NCBI GenBank assembly: GCA_964486045.1
Contig: CAZALK010000002.1
Coordinates: 224,001 to 288,000 of the forward strand
Length of the DNA stretch: 64,000 nucleotides
DNA from: an uncultured archaeon
Lineage (GTDB): Archaea; Asgardarchaeota; Lokiarchaeia; Sigyniarchaeales; SOKP01
Direction: 5' to 3'
This document shows positions 11,560 through 21,806 of this stretch, piece after piece (within the stretch, counting starts at the first letter, position 1; each line of letters starts with the position of its first letter). The translations under genes were made by a program, and so were the position numbers. The notes below the pieces were generated by a model, which worked only from the letters and a program-made list of their open reading frames with translations, searched no databases and was not told where the DNA came from.

Positions 11560-11991
11560 TTATAAATATTGTAAAAAATCATTTATAACTGAAGTTATTG
11601 CTTGAAAATCCATAAGTTCTTCACCACTACCTTCAAAGGAAACATCTCCCTCCTTATGGGCACTTGAAATTTCGATTTGACCAAATAATATGCCTGTAAA
11701 AACATTCATCGAAGTTTTAAATGTAAGGGTTGGATCTTCAATATCACCCTCTCCAAAATCAACTTTTCCTTCCTTGAATTCTACCCAAAATTTCTTATTG
11801 TCATCAGAAATTATTATCTGTCCTAAAAAAGACATGTCCATCATGGCCATATCTTCAAATTCTTCCTTCAGTTTTTCATTTACTGTTGATATATGTTTGT
11901 AAACATTCAACAATTTTAGAGTGTCTTCAACTGTTGGATCCCCATCATTTAATTTCTCTTTAATATATTTTATTAATTCATCATCTACCAT
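11560..11991 (-). CDS. SCP2 sterol/lipid-binding domain protein
   Basis: SCP2-like C-terminal pattern (GEGDIEDPTLTF...SAHKEGDVSFEG); GAGGAG upstream of ATG 11991. Confidence 0.7.
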   Translation of the reverse strand: MVDDELIKYIKEKLNDGDPTVEDTLKLLNVYKHISTVNEKLKEEFEDMAMMDMSFLGQIIISDDNKKFWVEFKEGKVDFGEGDIEDPTLTFKTSMNVFTGILFGQIEISSAHKEGDVSFEGSGEELMDFQAITSVINDFLQYL

Positions 11992-12210
11992 CTGATTCTC
12001 CTCATTTTTTGGAGTACTTGATCTAAACAACTATATAAAATAAAAAATAATTAAATCTTTTCTTTAAGATAATTCGATTTTCTTAATTTAAAACAATAAA
12101 TAACATTAATAATCTATAAATCTCAAATTAATAGTATTAAACAAAATCAGTTAAGACTATAAATATTTAAGGTTTTTTTAGGCATTTAAGTATCATCCGG
12201 AGTTGATAAG

Positions 12211-13458
12211 ATGAAAGTTCAGGAAATATTGAAAAAAATTGATTCAAAGAAAAATGAAATAGTGAAATTGGTTCAAAATTTAATTCAGATTAAAAGCATA
12301 AATCCTCCTGGAAGCACAACTGAGATCGCTGGGTATATTAAGGAATATATTTCTGAACACAGATTGAAATGTGAACTTTACGAGCAAGAAAAGACAAAAG
12401 TAAATGCAGTGGGATCACTTTTAGGTAGTGGTAAAAAAAAATTCATTTGGAATGGTCATCTCGATGTAGTTCCGATCTCCAAACCCAACGGATGGTCAGT
12501 AGATCCTTGGGAAGGAGAAATAATTAATTCTAAGATTTTGGGACGGGGAGCAGCGGACATGAAAGGAAGCATTGCAGCGGTTATCTCTGCGGCATGTATT
12601 CTGTCAGATTCTAATGTAGAGTTATCAGGAGATTGGATTTTGGGATTTACGGCCGACGAGGAGACCGGCGGAGAGATGGGAGCTGAATACTTGGTTGAAA
12701 AGGGAATATTATCAGGGGATGCATGCATAGTAGGGGAACCGACATCTCTTTATAAACTTGGGGTGGGTGAAAAAGGTGTATTATGGCTTAAAGTTAAAGC
12801 TGAGGGAAGACCAGCTCATGCTGGTGTGGCATTCCTCGGGGATAATGCTATAGAAAAACTCTACCAATTTTTAACCAAATTACATAAAATTGAAGACATC
12901 GAGAGGAAACATAGCGAAGAAATTGAAAAAATATTATCGCATATTATTGAGGAATCAAAAAAGATAAAAAATCCGGAATTTTCAAGGGAATTTTTTGAAA
13001 GGGTGATGAATAGATTAGTAATGAATGTAGGAATGATGAAGGGGGGTACAAAAATTAACATAGTCCCATCTTCAGCAGAAGCTATAGTAGATATCAGAAT
13101 AGTCCCGGGAATGACCCATGAAACGGTAATGGAGGAAATTGAAGAGATTCTAAAGGATAGCGGTATAAATGGAATTACGTTTGAGACGGTATTAAAGGCA
13201 GACTCTTCTTATCAGAATATCGATAATCCATTTGTTAATTTTATGAAGAATACAGTTAATAGTAATAATAATATTGAGCTTACACTTAACATGATCCCAG
13301 GATTTACAGATGCTAGGTTCTTTCGAGCAATTGGAGTACCAACAGTAGTTTACGGGTGCGGAGGAGAAAATATTCATGGTGTAGATGAATTTATTACCAT
13401 TGATAATCTCATTTCAACAACAAAAGCCTATGCTCTAATTGCAATGAATTATTTATGA
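12211..13458 (+). CDS. M20 metallopeptidase/deacylase (ArgE/DapE family)
   Basis: NGHLDVV, GRGAADMKG, DEETGG, GEP, GFTD, NIHGVDE. Confidence 0.88.
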   Translation: MKVQEILKKIDSKKNEIVKLVQNLIQIKSINPPGSTTEIAGYIKEYISEHRLKCELYEQEKTKVNAVGSLLGSGKKKFIWNGHLDVVPISKPNGWSVDPWEGEIINSKILGRGAADMKGSIAAVISAACILSDSNVELSGDWILGFTADEETGGEMGAEYLVEKGILSGDACIVGEPTSLYKLGVGEKGVLWLKVKAEGRPAHAGVAFLGDNAIEKLYQFLTKLHKIEDIERKHSEEIEKILSHIIEESKKIKNPEFSREFFERVMNRLVMNVGMMKGGTKINIVPSSAEAIVDIRIVPGMTHETVMEEIEEILKDSGINGITFETVLKADSSYQNIDNPFVNFMKNTVNSNNNIELTLNMIPGFTDARFFRAIGVPTVVYGCGGENIHGVDEFITIDNLISTTKAYALIAMNYL

Positions 13459-13524
13459 TAGTATCTTTTTGTCTACTCTGGGTGAATTTCCAAAAAAGTG
13501 AAAAATTACAGTTTGAGGATTCTT

Positions 13525-15033
13525 TTATACAAAATCTAGAATATTTCTGTCCAATTCTGGATTGTATTCAACCTTATAAGTTTTTCCTACAAAATCCTGG
13601 GTTTCCAAAGTTGACAAGTTCGGGAGTCCTTCCTTAGTAATTGCGATTGTACGTAACCCATTTTCGAGCGTTCCAATAAAGATTCCCCTTTTAATTCCTC
13701 CAGTTCGGCTATAAAGAATAGTGTATGCATTTATGGTAAAATTCCCATAAGCCTTTTCAACTGGTTTTGGTAAAGCCTTTTCTAATATCGATTGTTGAAT
13801 TTTTGAGTCATCTCGGATTTCCCATGGTATTTTACCGGGTGTTGAGCTATAAATTCCAACTGATTCTCCGGAATTGTAACCCCCATTTGCCAAAATCATT
13901 ACTTTAAAAGAGGAATTATTTCTTATCAAATTCACCGCTTGAGCAACTGCTTGCAACGAATAAGCACTTAATGGTCCTCCATGAAAAGGGAGCCCTCCGG
14001 TAATGGTCAGATTTCGAGGATCATCTTTTTTGATACCGAGTTCTTTTATAGTTATCTCCACCATGGAAGGAAAGCAGCAATAGAAATCAAACTTATCTAT
14101 CTCATCAATAGTTAAACCCGCCTGCTCCAATGCGAGTCTTGAAGATTCTCTTACTGCTGGTGAATCATGTAAGTTTGGGCGCCTAGTAATCGCACCTATA
14201 TTCTTGAAATCAGCACTCCCTGTAAGGTAAATTAAATTCTTTGGATCAATATTAAGTGATTCCGCTATCTCTTGACTTGTCATTATTACAGTAGCCGATT
14301 GATCCACAAAATTGTTAGCACACATCTGTTTAGTATAAGGAAACGTAATATAACGATTATTTTTAGTAGGTGTAGTTATTTCTTCAGCTTTAAGATATTT
14401 TTGAGTCCAACTGAAGGGATTCTCTGAAGCTACTTTGGAATATCTTTCATACAATTCCCCCATATAGACTTTATGATCTTCAAGGTTCCGTCCAAAAAAT
14501 GCCCTTACAGCACTCTCAAACAAGGAATAAGCAATAGGTGGCCAACCAATGGCATTTTTTCTTTCAAACTCGCTGAGATAACCCGATTTTTTTTCTTCGA
14601 TATATTTTGGCTCCTTTATTGCTGGCCAATTTTCGGGAGGATTTCTGTTAAATTTCTTCCCTATAGTATAGGTTGATTCTCCCCCAGTAATAAGAACACA
14701 ACGATGATTGCCTTTCACAATTGCTTTAGCTGCTCGATTTATCATTAATTGAGGGCTGTTTCCTCCCATTGACATTGAAAAGTAAACTTTCTCCTTAGGT
14801 TTAATATTAAGTCTTTCACTAAGCAAACCTGGAGCATCTTCATATGACCAAGATACAACATTAAGCATATAAACTGCATCAATAATATCTTTTATATTAT
14901 TAATTTTTGTCTCTTCGATAGCCAACTGGCTTGTCTTTTCCATTAAACTCAAAGGATCTAGGTTTTGGTCAGATTCTTTACGCTGCGTAAATTGGGCAGC
15001 TCCAATTATTACAGGAATATTTTTGTTAGTCAT
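13525..15033 (-). CDS. Thiolase-like protein (acetyl-CoA acetyltransferase-like family, GGNSPQ type)
   Basis: PVIIGAAQ, MGGNSPQ, YPYTK-like FPYTK, VDQSA, YCCFPS, TGGLPFHGG. Confidence 0.75.
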   Translation of the reverse strand: MTNKNIPVIIGAAQFTQRKESDQNLDPLSLMEKTSQLAIEETKINNIKDIIDAVYMLNVVSWSYEDAPGLLSERLNIKPKEKVYFSMSMGGNSPQLMINRAAKAIVKGNHRCVLITGGESTYTIGKKFNRNPPENWPAIKEPKYIEEKKSGYLSEFERKNAIGWPPIAYSLFESAVRAFFGRNLEDHKVYMGELYERYSKVASENPFSWTQKYLKAEEITTPTKNNRYITFPYTKQMCANNFVDQSATVIMTSQEIAESLNIDPKNLIYLTGSADFKNIGAITRRPNLHDSPAVRESSRLALEQAGLTIDEIDKFDFYCCFPSMVEITIKELGIKKDDPRNLTITGGLPFHGGPLSAYSLQAVAQAVNLIRNNSSFKVMILANGGYNSGESVGIYSSTPGKIPWEIRDDSKIQQSILEKALPKPVEKAYGNFTINAYTILYSRTGGIKRGIFIGTLENGLRTIAITKEGLPNLSTLETQDFVGKTYKVEYNPELDRNILDFV

Positions 15034-15297
15034 ATGCTAGTTCTTTTTTTACTATAAATAATAAAATTTCCGATTTGTAATAAAAATTAGGAAACTATTT
15101 ATTACATTATTGGAAAAAAGTATAACAACGGATAGGAAACATACACTTTCCTCATTTTTTTGCTTTGTTTATCATTTCTGAGTCAAACTTGTATTCTAAA
15201 ATAATAAATCCTTACTCCAAAATATCTTACTACACAAAAATATAATTGAATCTGAAAAATAATTAAAATTAAATAAAACAAAACTTTTGTGGAAGCT

Positions 15298-16536
15298 ATG
15301 AGGAAAGTAGCAATAATTGGGGTTGGTATTACAAAATTTAAACCAAGATGGCTAGACAAAACATATTTTGAACTAGCATATGATGCAACCAAGCTAGCAT
15401 TAGAGGATGCTAATAAAAATGGAGCTATTATTACACATAATGATTTACAATCGACTATATATGGTATATATAATGAACTCTTTGAACGTCAATTTATGCC
15501 AGATATTTTTATTAATAGTTATATCGGAATGAATGACAAACCGGGGGTGAGAGTCGCAACAGGTGGAGCAACGGGGGGATATGCTGTAAGAACGGCTTAT
15601 GCTGAAGTAGCATCCGGATTATCAGATTTAAGTCTTTGTCTTGGAGTAGAGAAATGTGCTGACTGTTATGATGAACAGACAGGAGCAAGTACACCAGAAG
15701 TTCTTAATTCAATAGCCTTTTCAACAGATATGACTTATGAATATCCAATGGGGGTTAATGCTGCTAGTTCTTATGTAAGTATGGTAAATGCTCATTTTGA
15801 GGAATTTGGAAGCCCTACAGAGGAACAAATGGCACTTGTATCCGTAAAAAATCATGGGAATGCTATTAATAATCCTAAAGCCCAATCACCAATGAAAATA
15901 ACTGTAGAAGATGTTCTGAATTCAAGAATTATATGCTATCCGTTTAAACTATTGGATTGTTGTTTATATTCAGAAGCGTCAGCAGCGTTAATTTTAGCAA
16001 GTGAAGATAAAGTTAGAGAATTAAAAGTTGAGAATCCAATTTGGATAACAGGAGTCGGTGCTGCAAATACAGATTGTTTTATAGGGAATAGAGAAGATAT
16101 GGGTAGGCTATATTCAAATATCCATGCGGCTAAAGCGGCATATAAAATGGCAGGATTAGAATATGATAAGATTAAAAGTCAAATTGACTTGGCAGAATTA
16201 CATGATGCTTTTTCTGGCCAAGAAGTAATATCCTATGAGGAATTAGGGTTTGTACCTTTCGGAGAAGGTGGCAAATGGATTGAATCAGGAGGTCCACTAA
16301 TGGATGGTGAAGTACCATGTTGTCCATCTGGAGGACTTATTGGATGTGGTCATGCGGTAGGTGCGACAGGAATTATGTCTACCGGTGAAGCTGCTCTTCA
16401 ATTAAGAGGAGATGCGGGAAAGCATCAAGTGAAAACAATTGAAAATGGAAGAGCTATTTCTCATTCAATTGGGGGGCCTGGAGCAGCATATGCTGCTATA
16501 ATTGTGATGGAAAATGAGGAGGCGGTGAGAAAATAA
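15298..16536 (+). CDS. SCP-x/Ltp2-type thiolase-family protein
   Basis: VAIIGVG, VKNHGNA..NP.AQ, LLDCC, ELHDAF, GGL..CGHAVGATG; probable ATG at 15298. Confidence 0.85.
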   Translation: MRKVAIIGVGITKFKPRWLDKTYFELAYDATKLALEDANKNGAIITHNDLQSTIYGIYNELFERQFMPDIFINSYIGMNDKPGVRVATGGATGGYAVRTAYAEVASGLSDLSLCLGVEKCADCYDEQTGASTPEVLNSIAFSTDMTYEYPMGVNAASSYVSMVNAHFEEFGSPTEEQMALVSVKNHGNAINNPKAQSPMKITVEDVLNSRIICYPFKLLDCCLYSEASAALILASEDKVRELKVENPIWITGVGAANTDCFIGNREDMGRLYSNIHAAKAAYKMAGLEYDKIKSQIDLAELHDAFSGQEVISYEELGFVPFGEGGKWIESGGPLMDGEVPCCPSGGLIGCGHAVGATGIMSTGEAALQLRGDAGKHQVKTIENGRAISHSIGGPGAAYAAIIVMENEEAVRK

Positions 16537-17030
16537 TGAATAATGAGTTTCAAGCTCATGAAATTAGAGATATAATCAAAATCAATTATAAGTATACGAT
16601 GGGTGGACAATCCAAGTTTTTCTTAGAATTAATGAAGAATAAAAGGATTTTAGGTGCAAAATGTACAAAATGCGGGAAGGTCTGGATGCCCCCGAGAATT
16701 AATTGTTCAGATTGTTTTGTCCCGGCTGATTGGTATGAAGTTAAACACACAGGCACAATCGAAGTAAGTACAATAGTATGGTACACCACATCTGCATTTA
16801 TTGAAAATATTCCATATGGTACTGTCTATGTTAGATTAGATGGAGCCGACACTGCGTTATTACAAGGAATTTTTTCTGAAAATCTAGTTCCTTCAAAAAT
16901 TAAAAAAGGAAAACGTGTAAAAGCCGTATTTCAAAAAGAAAGGGAAGGAAAGATGACTGATTTTTTCTTTGTTCCTGAAGATGAATATTTAAATTGGATT
17001 AATAAACCTGAATTTGAGGGAGGAGAATAG
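16536..17030 (+). CDS. DUF35 Zn-ribbon/OB-fold protein (thiolase partner)
   Basis: CTKC...PPRINCSDC plus OB-fold; coupled to the thiolase by TAATG. Confidence 0.85.
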   Translation: MNNEFQAHEIRDIIKINYKYTMGGQSKFFLELMKNKRILGAKCTKCGKVWMPPRINCSDCFVPADWYEVKHTGTIEVSTIVWYTTSAFIENIPYGTVYVRLDGADTALLQGIFSENLVPSKIKKGKRVKAVFQKEREGKMTDFFFVPEDEYLNWINKPEFEGGE

Positions 17031-17032
17031 AA

Positions 17033-17404
17033 TTGGGAGTTGCATATGAGAACTTAAAAAAAATAGCTGAGAGAATGAATAACAATCCTAAAGCTCTCCA
17101 AGTATTTGTGACAGATATCGGTGGTTCTCCAGTAAATTGGAGTATGACATTTCAATTTAATTTAGACACGGAGAATCAATTTTATTTGGTAATTAAAGAT
17201 CAAAAAATAGTTGTAAATATTGGAACTTCACCAGATGCGGAAATTATAATATCAGGAGATAATAACAGTATTACAAAAATTTGTCAAGGAAAAGGGGACT
17301 TCACACATGCTATCTCAAGAGAAGAGATTACGGTGCAAAAGGGGAAGGTAATGGATATAATAAGGTTAACAAGAGCTATTACTATTGTTTTAAAAACCGA
17401 ATAA
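17033..17404 (+). CDS. SCP2 domain protein
   Basis: TFQFNL...FYLVI...PDAEII...AISREEITVQKG. Confidence 0.7.
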   Translation: MGVAYENLKKIAERMNNNPKALQVFVTDIGGSPVNWSMTFQFNLDTENQFYLVIKDQKIVVNIGTSPDAEIIISGDNNSITKICQGKGDFTHAISREEITVQKGKVMDIIRLTRAITIVLKTE

Positions 17405-17538
17405 CTATTAATTTCTAATTTTTATTATTACAAGATTTTTTAACATTAAACAGGATACCAATTTTATCGTTTAAACTTATAAAAGTAGAATTTACAACAA
17501 AAAGAAAAGATCTCTGGATTTAGAACATTAAAAAAGTT

Positions 17539-18819
17539 TTAAATGAGTTTAAACATTTGTCTTAAAGCAGAAGTCATAATATGTTTCTGAATTTGTGAAG
17601 TTCCTCCCCCAACTTGCCAGGTTCTAGAAATTCCTAGTAAATCACTCATTAATGTGTTATCACATAGTCCCGCACCGCCCATTAGGTCTGCACACTTATA
17701 ACAGACTCTCTCACTTAATTCCGCACTTTGAAATTTCAATTGTGAAGCGGTGGTGACGAGAGAAAGATTTAAATTCTGTGGAATAATTCCAAACTTTTCC
17801 TTTTTCTCATCAATAATTTGACAGATATGTAAAGTTGCTAAAGTTAAACTCATTGTTTTTGCCCACATATCTGCTAGTGGAAACCCTACTCCTTGATATT
17901 TTATTATTTCCTTATCAAATTGCTTCCTCATATTGGCATAAATAACAGCATGAGAAAGGGCATTCCATGCTTCTGATAAATTGATAAAGACTATCGATAA
18001 TCTCTCCAAATTGAGTCCTTCAAATAGATAGTCTCTTCCAAGACCTGGTTTTCCTAATACATAGTCCATAGGGACTCTTAAATTAGTGAAGGTTTCTTTT
18101 CCAAGAAATAATCTTGGAGTCCATGGGATATTTACCCTTTCAACACTCCATCCTTCCCAAGAAGTATCGACCAAAAATTGACCCATTGTATTTCCATTAT
18201 CCTTCTCTAAAACCGCATAAATTACAGCTAAATCAGCTTTGGGTCCATTTGTTTGATAAATCTTTTCCCCATTCAGAGAAAAGTCACCGTTATCATGTTG
18301 TTCACAAGTTGTAAGCATATGAACTGCATCAGAACCACGTTCGGGCTCAGTAATGCATATGCATCCTACTTTTTCACCAGTCACCAAATCTTTTAGGGCT
18401 TTCAAGCGTACATCAATATCTTCATGGTGAAATATTAAAGGATTTATTGCTAAAACACTCGAAAGTATCCCAAAACCCAGTTGAGGGTCGAAAAAATCAG
18501 TAGCAAGATATCTCATAAAATCAGCTGTCAATCCGTATGGTTCATAATTTAATCCAACATCACTAAAACGATTTACTCTTGTAATTAACCCTTCTCTACC
18601 AATTTCAGGAAACCATTCATAAAAATCTTCATTATGAGTAATATTGTATTTGTTTTCAAATTTAAGATAAAAGTCTTGAGCTATTTTTAAAAAACTTAGG
18701 CTCTCTGGTTTTAAAATGTTTATTAAATTGTTGTTTAGGAAATTATAACGATTTTTTAAGCACAGCTTTTCTAATATCTCGTCATTAATACATTGAACTT
18801 GCCCTTTCATATTTACCAC
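17539..18819 (-). CDS. Acyl-CoA dehydrogenase
   Basis: CITEPERGSDA, LNGEKIYQTNG, RKQFDKEIIKYQGV, MGGAG, GGGTSQIQ. Confidence 0.9.
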   Translation of the reverse strand: MVNMKGQVQCINDEILEKLCLKNRYNFLNNNLINILKPESLSFLKIAQDFYLKFENKYNITHNEDFYEWFPEIGREGLITRVNRFSDVGLNYEPYGLTADFMRYLATDFFDPQLGFGILSSVLAINPLIFHHEDIDVRLKALKDLVTGEKVGCICITEPERGSDAVHMLTTCEQHDNGDFSLNGEKIYQTNGPKADLAVIYAVLEKDNGNTMGQFLVDTSWEGWSVERVNIPWTPRLFLGKETFTNLRVPMDYVLGKPGLGRDYLFEGLNLERLSIVFINLSEAWNALSHAVIYANMRKQFDKEIIKYQGVGFPLADMWAKTMSLTLATLHICQIIDEKKEKFGIIPQNLNLSLVTTASQLKFQSAELSERVCYKCADLMGGAGLCDNTLMSDLLGISRTWQVGGGTSQIQKHIMTSALRQMFKLI

Positions 18820-18965
18820 GGAATCAAACCTTAGTATTACTTTTTGTATTTAAAATAATTCTAAGCAATTTAATTTTTTTAAAAATTAGATATTCGATAT
18901 AACAAAAGTAAACAAAGAAAACTAGAATCGAATATTAAGTATTTAATAAATTAATAAATATTTCA

Positions 18966-19022
18966 TTAATCTTGTTCTCAATTTGGGGGAGATCTTTTAA
19001 TTCGGCTATTTGACTCGTCTTA
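18966..19022 (-). repeat. Degenerate direct repeat copy A (coding remnant KTSQIAELKDLPQIEN)
   Basis: 44/57 nt identical to 20067-20123 by manual ungapped alignment. Confidence 0.7.
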
Positions 19023-19150
19023 TAAAACCTATTTAACATTTGTCATATAATTGAATTGCTTCGTATTTTAACTATGAAGCTAATTAATTTCTGTTTCGCA
19101 AGTCAGTTTCTTGTCGTTTTAAGTGGTTTAACGATTTATAAGAATAAATA

Positions 19151-19207
19151 CGAAAAAAAGCATTTTTTCCGAAAATATATAAATATAACGAAAAATATAT
19201 TAAAAAT
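19151..19207 (+). promoter_or_regulatory. Three CGAAAA boxes at 19-bp period, candidate AbrB operator/promoter
   Basis: CGAAAA at 19151, 19170 and 19189; ATG at 19208. Confidence 0.4.
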
Positions 19208-19459
19208 ATGACAACACAGGATAAGTCAATTGTCGGAAAAAAAGGGGAAATTCTCCCTAAAAAACATCTTAGAGTAATTTCTGGAATTAGTCCTGGTGAT
19301 AAAATCTTAATCGAAGCCTATCCTGGTGAATTAATTGTGAAAAAAATCTATTCAGTTGACGAATTACTTGAAATGCCAATTATAGCAGAGGGAACGGTTA
19401 AAGAAATTGAAAAAGATATTGGAGAGGAAAGTAAGAAACAAGATGAGATGACTGATTAA
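19208..19459 (+). CDS. AbrB/MazE/SpoVT-family antitoxin
   Basis: VGKKGEILPKKHLR..GISPGDKI; acidic tail; TAATG-coupled to PIN gene. Confidence 0.82.
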   Translation: MTTQDKSIVGKKGEILPKKHLRVISGISPGDKILIEAYPGELIVKKIYSVDELLEMPIIAEGTVKEIEKDIGEESKKQDEMTD

Positions 19460-19947
19460 TGCAAATTCAAAGGCTTATTTTAGATACAACTTATATTCTC
19501 CCACTATTTGGGATAAAAATTAAAGATTTAGCAGGAATAAATGAAGGTATAAAACTTATTTGGAAGAATGGAATAAAAGATTTTGAGGTTTATTTACCCA
19601 CAATTTGCCTTATTGAAGTTCTCTATAAGTTAATTAATGAATATAAGAAAACAAACGATTATAAAATTTTAAAAAGGTATCCTGTAGCAACTCCTACTGT
19701 AATGACTTCTCAGATTGTTAGTCTTTTCGATCCGCACTTAAATTCGATCGCAAGTCAAATTGCTATAATAATCCGTCATAATGGTCATTTAGATATTATG
19801 GATTGCCTAATCGCAGCTAGCGCCGCAGCGTTAAATGGGATATTGTTAACTGAAGATAAAAATTTAAAAAATATATTACAGAATATTCCTGAGACTAAAC
19901 TTCTTCCAATTTGGTCATGGAGCGAAATAGTTACTAAATTAATCTGA
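19459..19947 (+). CDS. PIN-domain (VapC-like) toxin
   Basis: LILDTT, LIE, DIMDCLIAA, LLTED. Confidence 0.85.
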   Translation: MQIQRLILDTTYILPLFGIKIKDLAGINEGIKLIWKNGIKDFEVYLPTICLIEVLYKLINEYKKTNDYKILKRYPVATPTVMTSQIVSLFDPHLNSIASQIAIIIRHNGHLDIMDCLIAASAAALNGILLTEDKNLKNILQNIPETKLLPIWSWSEIVTKLI

Positions 19948-20066
19948 AATATAATAATTCTGAAAACATTCATTTTAGATTACCTTTAATTTAAGTTTCT
20001 GTTATTATTGTCTATGGTTAAAATTCGATTTGAATTAGATTTCAAAATTAAGTAATAAATATATCC

Positions 20067-20123
20067 TTAATCAAGTTCTCAATTTGTGGAATATCGTGTA
20101 GTTCAGCGACTTGGCTTGTCTTA
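20067..20123 (-). repeat. Degenerate direct repeat copy B (coding remnant KTSQVAELHDIPQIEN)
   Basis: 44/57 nt identical to 18966-19022. Confidence 0.7.
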
Positions 20124-20158
20124 ATTTTAGCAAAACTCAAATTCAACGTTTAATTAGA

Positions 20159-21514
20159 TTAAAAAAATCCTATTTGATCTTGGATATTTCTATATAATTC
20201 AGATAAAGTTGGGTGAGCATGAATTAACTTTCGGAAGATCTCTACGCTATTTGGCAAGTGCATCAGAGGGACTATCTCATGAATTAGAATATCGGCAGAT
20301 TCTCCTATTATGTGGCATCCTAATATCTTATTTTCATTATAGATCAGTTTAATCAGACCTCTTTTTAATTTCATTAAATTACCACGGGAATTTGTAGGGT
20401 ATGTTGAAATCAATACTTTATAAACTTCTCCAGCATCCTCTAATTCTTGTGTGGTTTTCCCTACAGAACCAATAGGAGGATCAGTAAAAGCGGCATAGGG
20501 AATATTCTCAAAGCTTATAGGTACTTTATCTTCATTTAATATATTATGAATTACCACTTTTGATTCACGGAGTGCCATGTGTGTGAATTGAGATTTACCA
20601 ATAATATCCCCGATGGCATAAATATTTGGTTGTGAAGTTTGAAGAAACTCATTTACGATTATATTTCCCCGTGCATCAGTTTCGACTCCAGCAGCTTCCA
20701 ATTTAAGTTCCTGAGTATTAGGGATGAATCCTGTTGATAACATGAGTTTTTTCACCTTGAATACATTACCTTTAGTAGTTTCTACAACAATCTCCCCTGA
20801 AGACTCATGAACTTTAGCAGTTCGCTGATTTGGATAAAATTCAATACCATCTTCTTTATAATACTTCTCAATTTCAGAAGAAATTATCTCGTCTGCTCTA
20901 TGAATTAAATGAGGGTTTGATTCAATAATATAAACTTTACTCCCAAAAGTATTAAAAACGTTAGCAAATTCTAAGGAAATAAATCCACCACCTATAAACA
21001 GAATTGATTTTGGTATCTTCTTAAGATTAAATATATTCTCATGTGTTAAGTAATTCACCTCACTAATCCCTTCAATAGGTGGAATTCGTGGAAATGTACC
21101 AGTTGATATTAACATATTGGAACCTGTGTATACATCATTTCCAACTTCAACTGAGTTTTCACTTAGACAGTGTCCATTCTTTTTTACATAATCTACATTT
21201 TTATATAGTTGTATTTGTTTCTCATTACCTTGTATACCATTATAAACTAATTTGTCTGCATAATTGAGGACTTTGCTAAAATCAACTTTAATTCCCTTTA
21301 TCTGAATACCAAATTCTTTTGCTCTCAGTGCGGATTTATATAGATTAGTGGCATAAATCATAGATTTACTGGGAATACAACCTTTTTCTAAACATTTCCC
21401 TCCTAATGCACCTTCTCCTAATAGTAAAACCTTTTTTCCATGATTTGCGGCTATTTTAGCGGAAGGAAAACCTGAAGTACCGGCACCAATTATTATTAAA
21501 TCATAATCAGACAT
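20159..21514 (-). CDS. Dihydrolipoamide dehydrogenase/mercuric reductase-like flavoprotein disulfide reductase
   Basis: GAGTSG, GGKCLEKGCIPSK redox disulfide, GGGFISLE, YAIGD, HPTLSE. Confidence 0.88.
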   Translation of the reverse strand: MSDYDLIIIGAGTSGFPSAKIAANHGKKVLLLGEGALGGKCLEKGCIPSKSMIYATNLYKSALRAKEFGIQIKGIKVDFSKVLNYADKLVYNGIQGNEKQIQLYKNVDYVKKNGHCLSENSVEVGNDVYTGSNMLISTGTFPRIPPIEGISEVNYLTHENIFNLKKIPKSILFIGGGFISLEFANVFNTFGSKVYIIESNPHLIHRADEIISSEIEKYYKEDGIEFYPNQRTAKVHESSGEIVVETTKGNVFKVKKLMLSTGFIPNTQELKLEAAGVETDARGNIIVNEFLQTSQPNIYAIGDIIGKSQFTHMALRESKVVIHNILNEDKVPISFENIPYAAFTDPPIGSVGKTTQELEDAGEVYKVLISTYPTNSRGNLMKLKRGLIKLIYNENKILGCHIIGESADILIHEIVPLMHLPNSVEIFRKLIHAHPTLSELYRNIQDQIGFF

Positions 21515-21806
21515 AATATTCCCTCAATGTGAGTGATTTAGAATTTTTAAGATAGTATTGTTATGGTGTTCATTTAAATTAAATGCTTATCCAATATAAA
21601 AAATGGTCTCGGTTGAAGATTTGGTGAATGCATCTAAATTTTCAATTTGATTTCCGCAATAGTAGCGATGATCTTTGCATATAATTTGTTAAGAGAGGGA
21701 GAAAGTTCCCATAATATTGACCTAAGAAAAATTTATATAAAATTGGATTCTACACAACCTATTGGTTTTATCAATAATTCAAATTTACTGAATGAGTAAG
21801 TGACCT

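Noticed and set aside
18890-18935. 9-bp inverted repeat ATATTCGAT-N28-ATCGAATAT upstream of the acyl-CoA dehydrogenase
   Set aside because: Short, AT-rich, long spacer; compatible with chance
20159-21514. Mercuric reductase or part of a 2-oxoacid dehydrogenase complex
   Set aside because: No C-terminal CC pair of MerA and no E1/E2/H-protein genes nearby; left at family level
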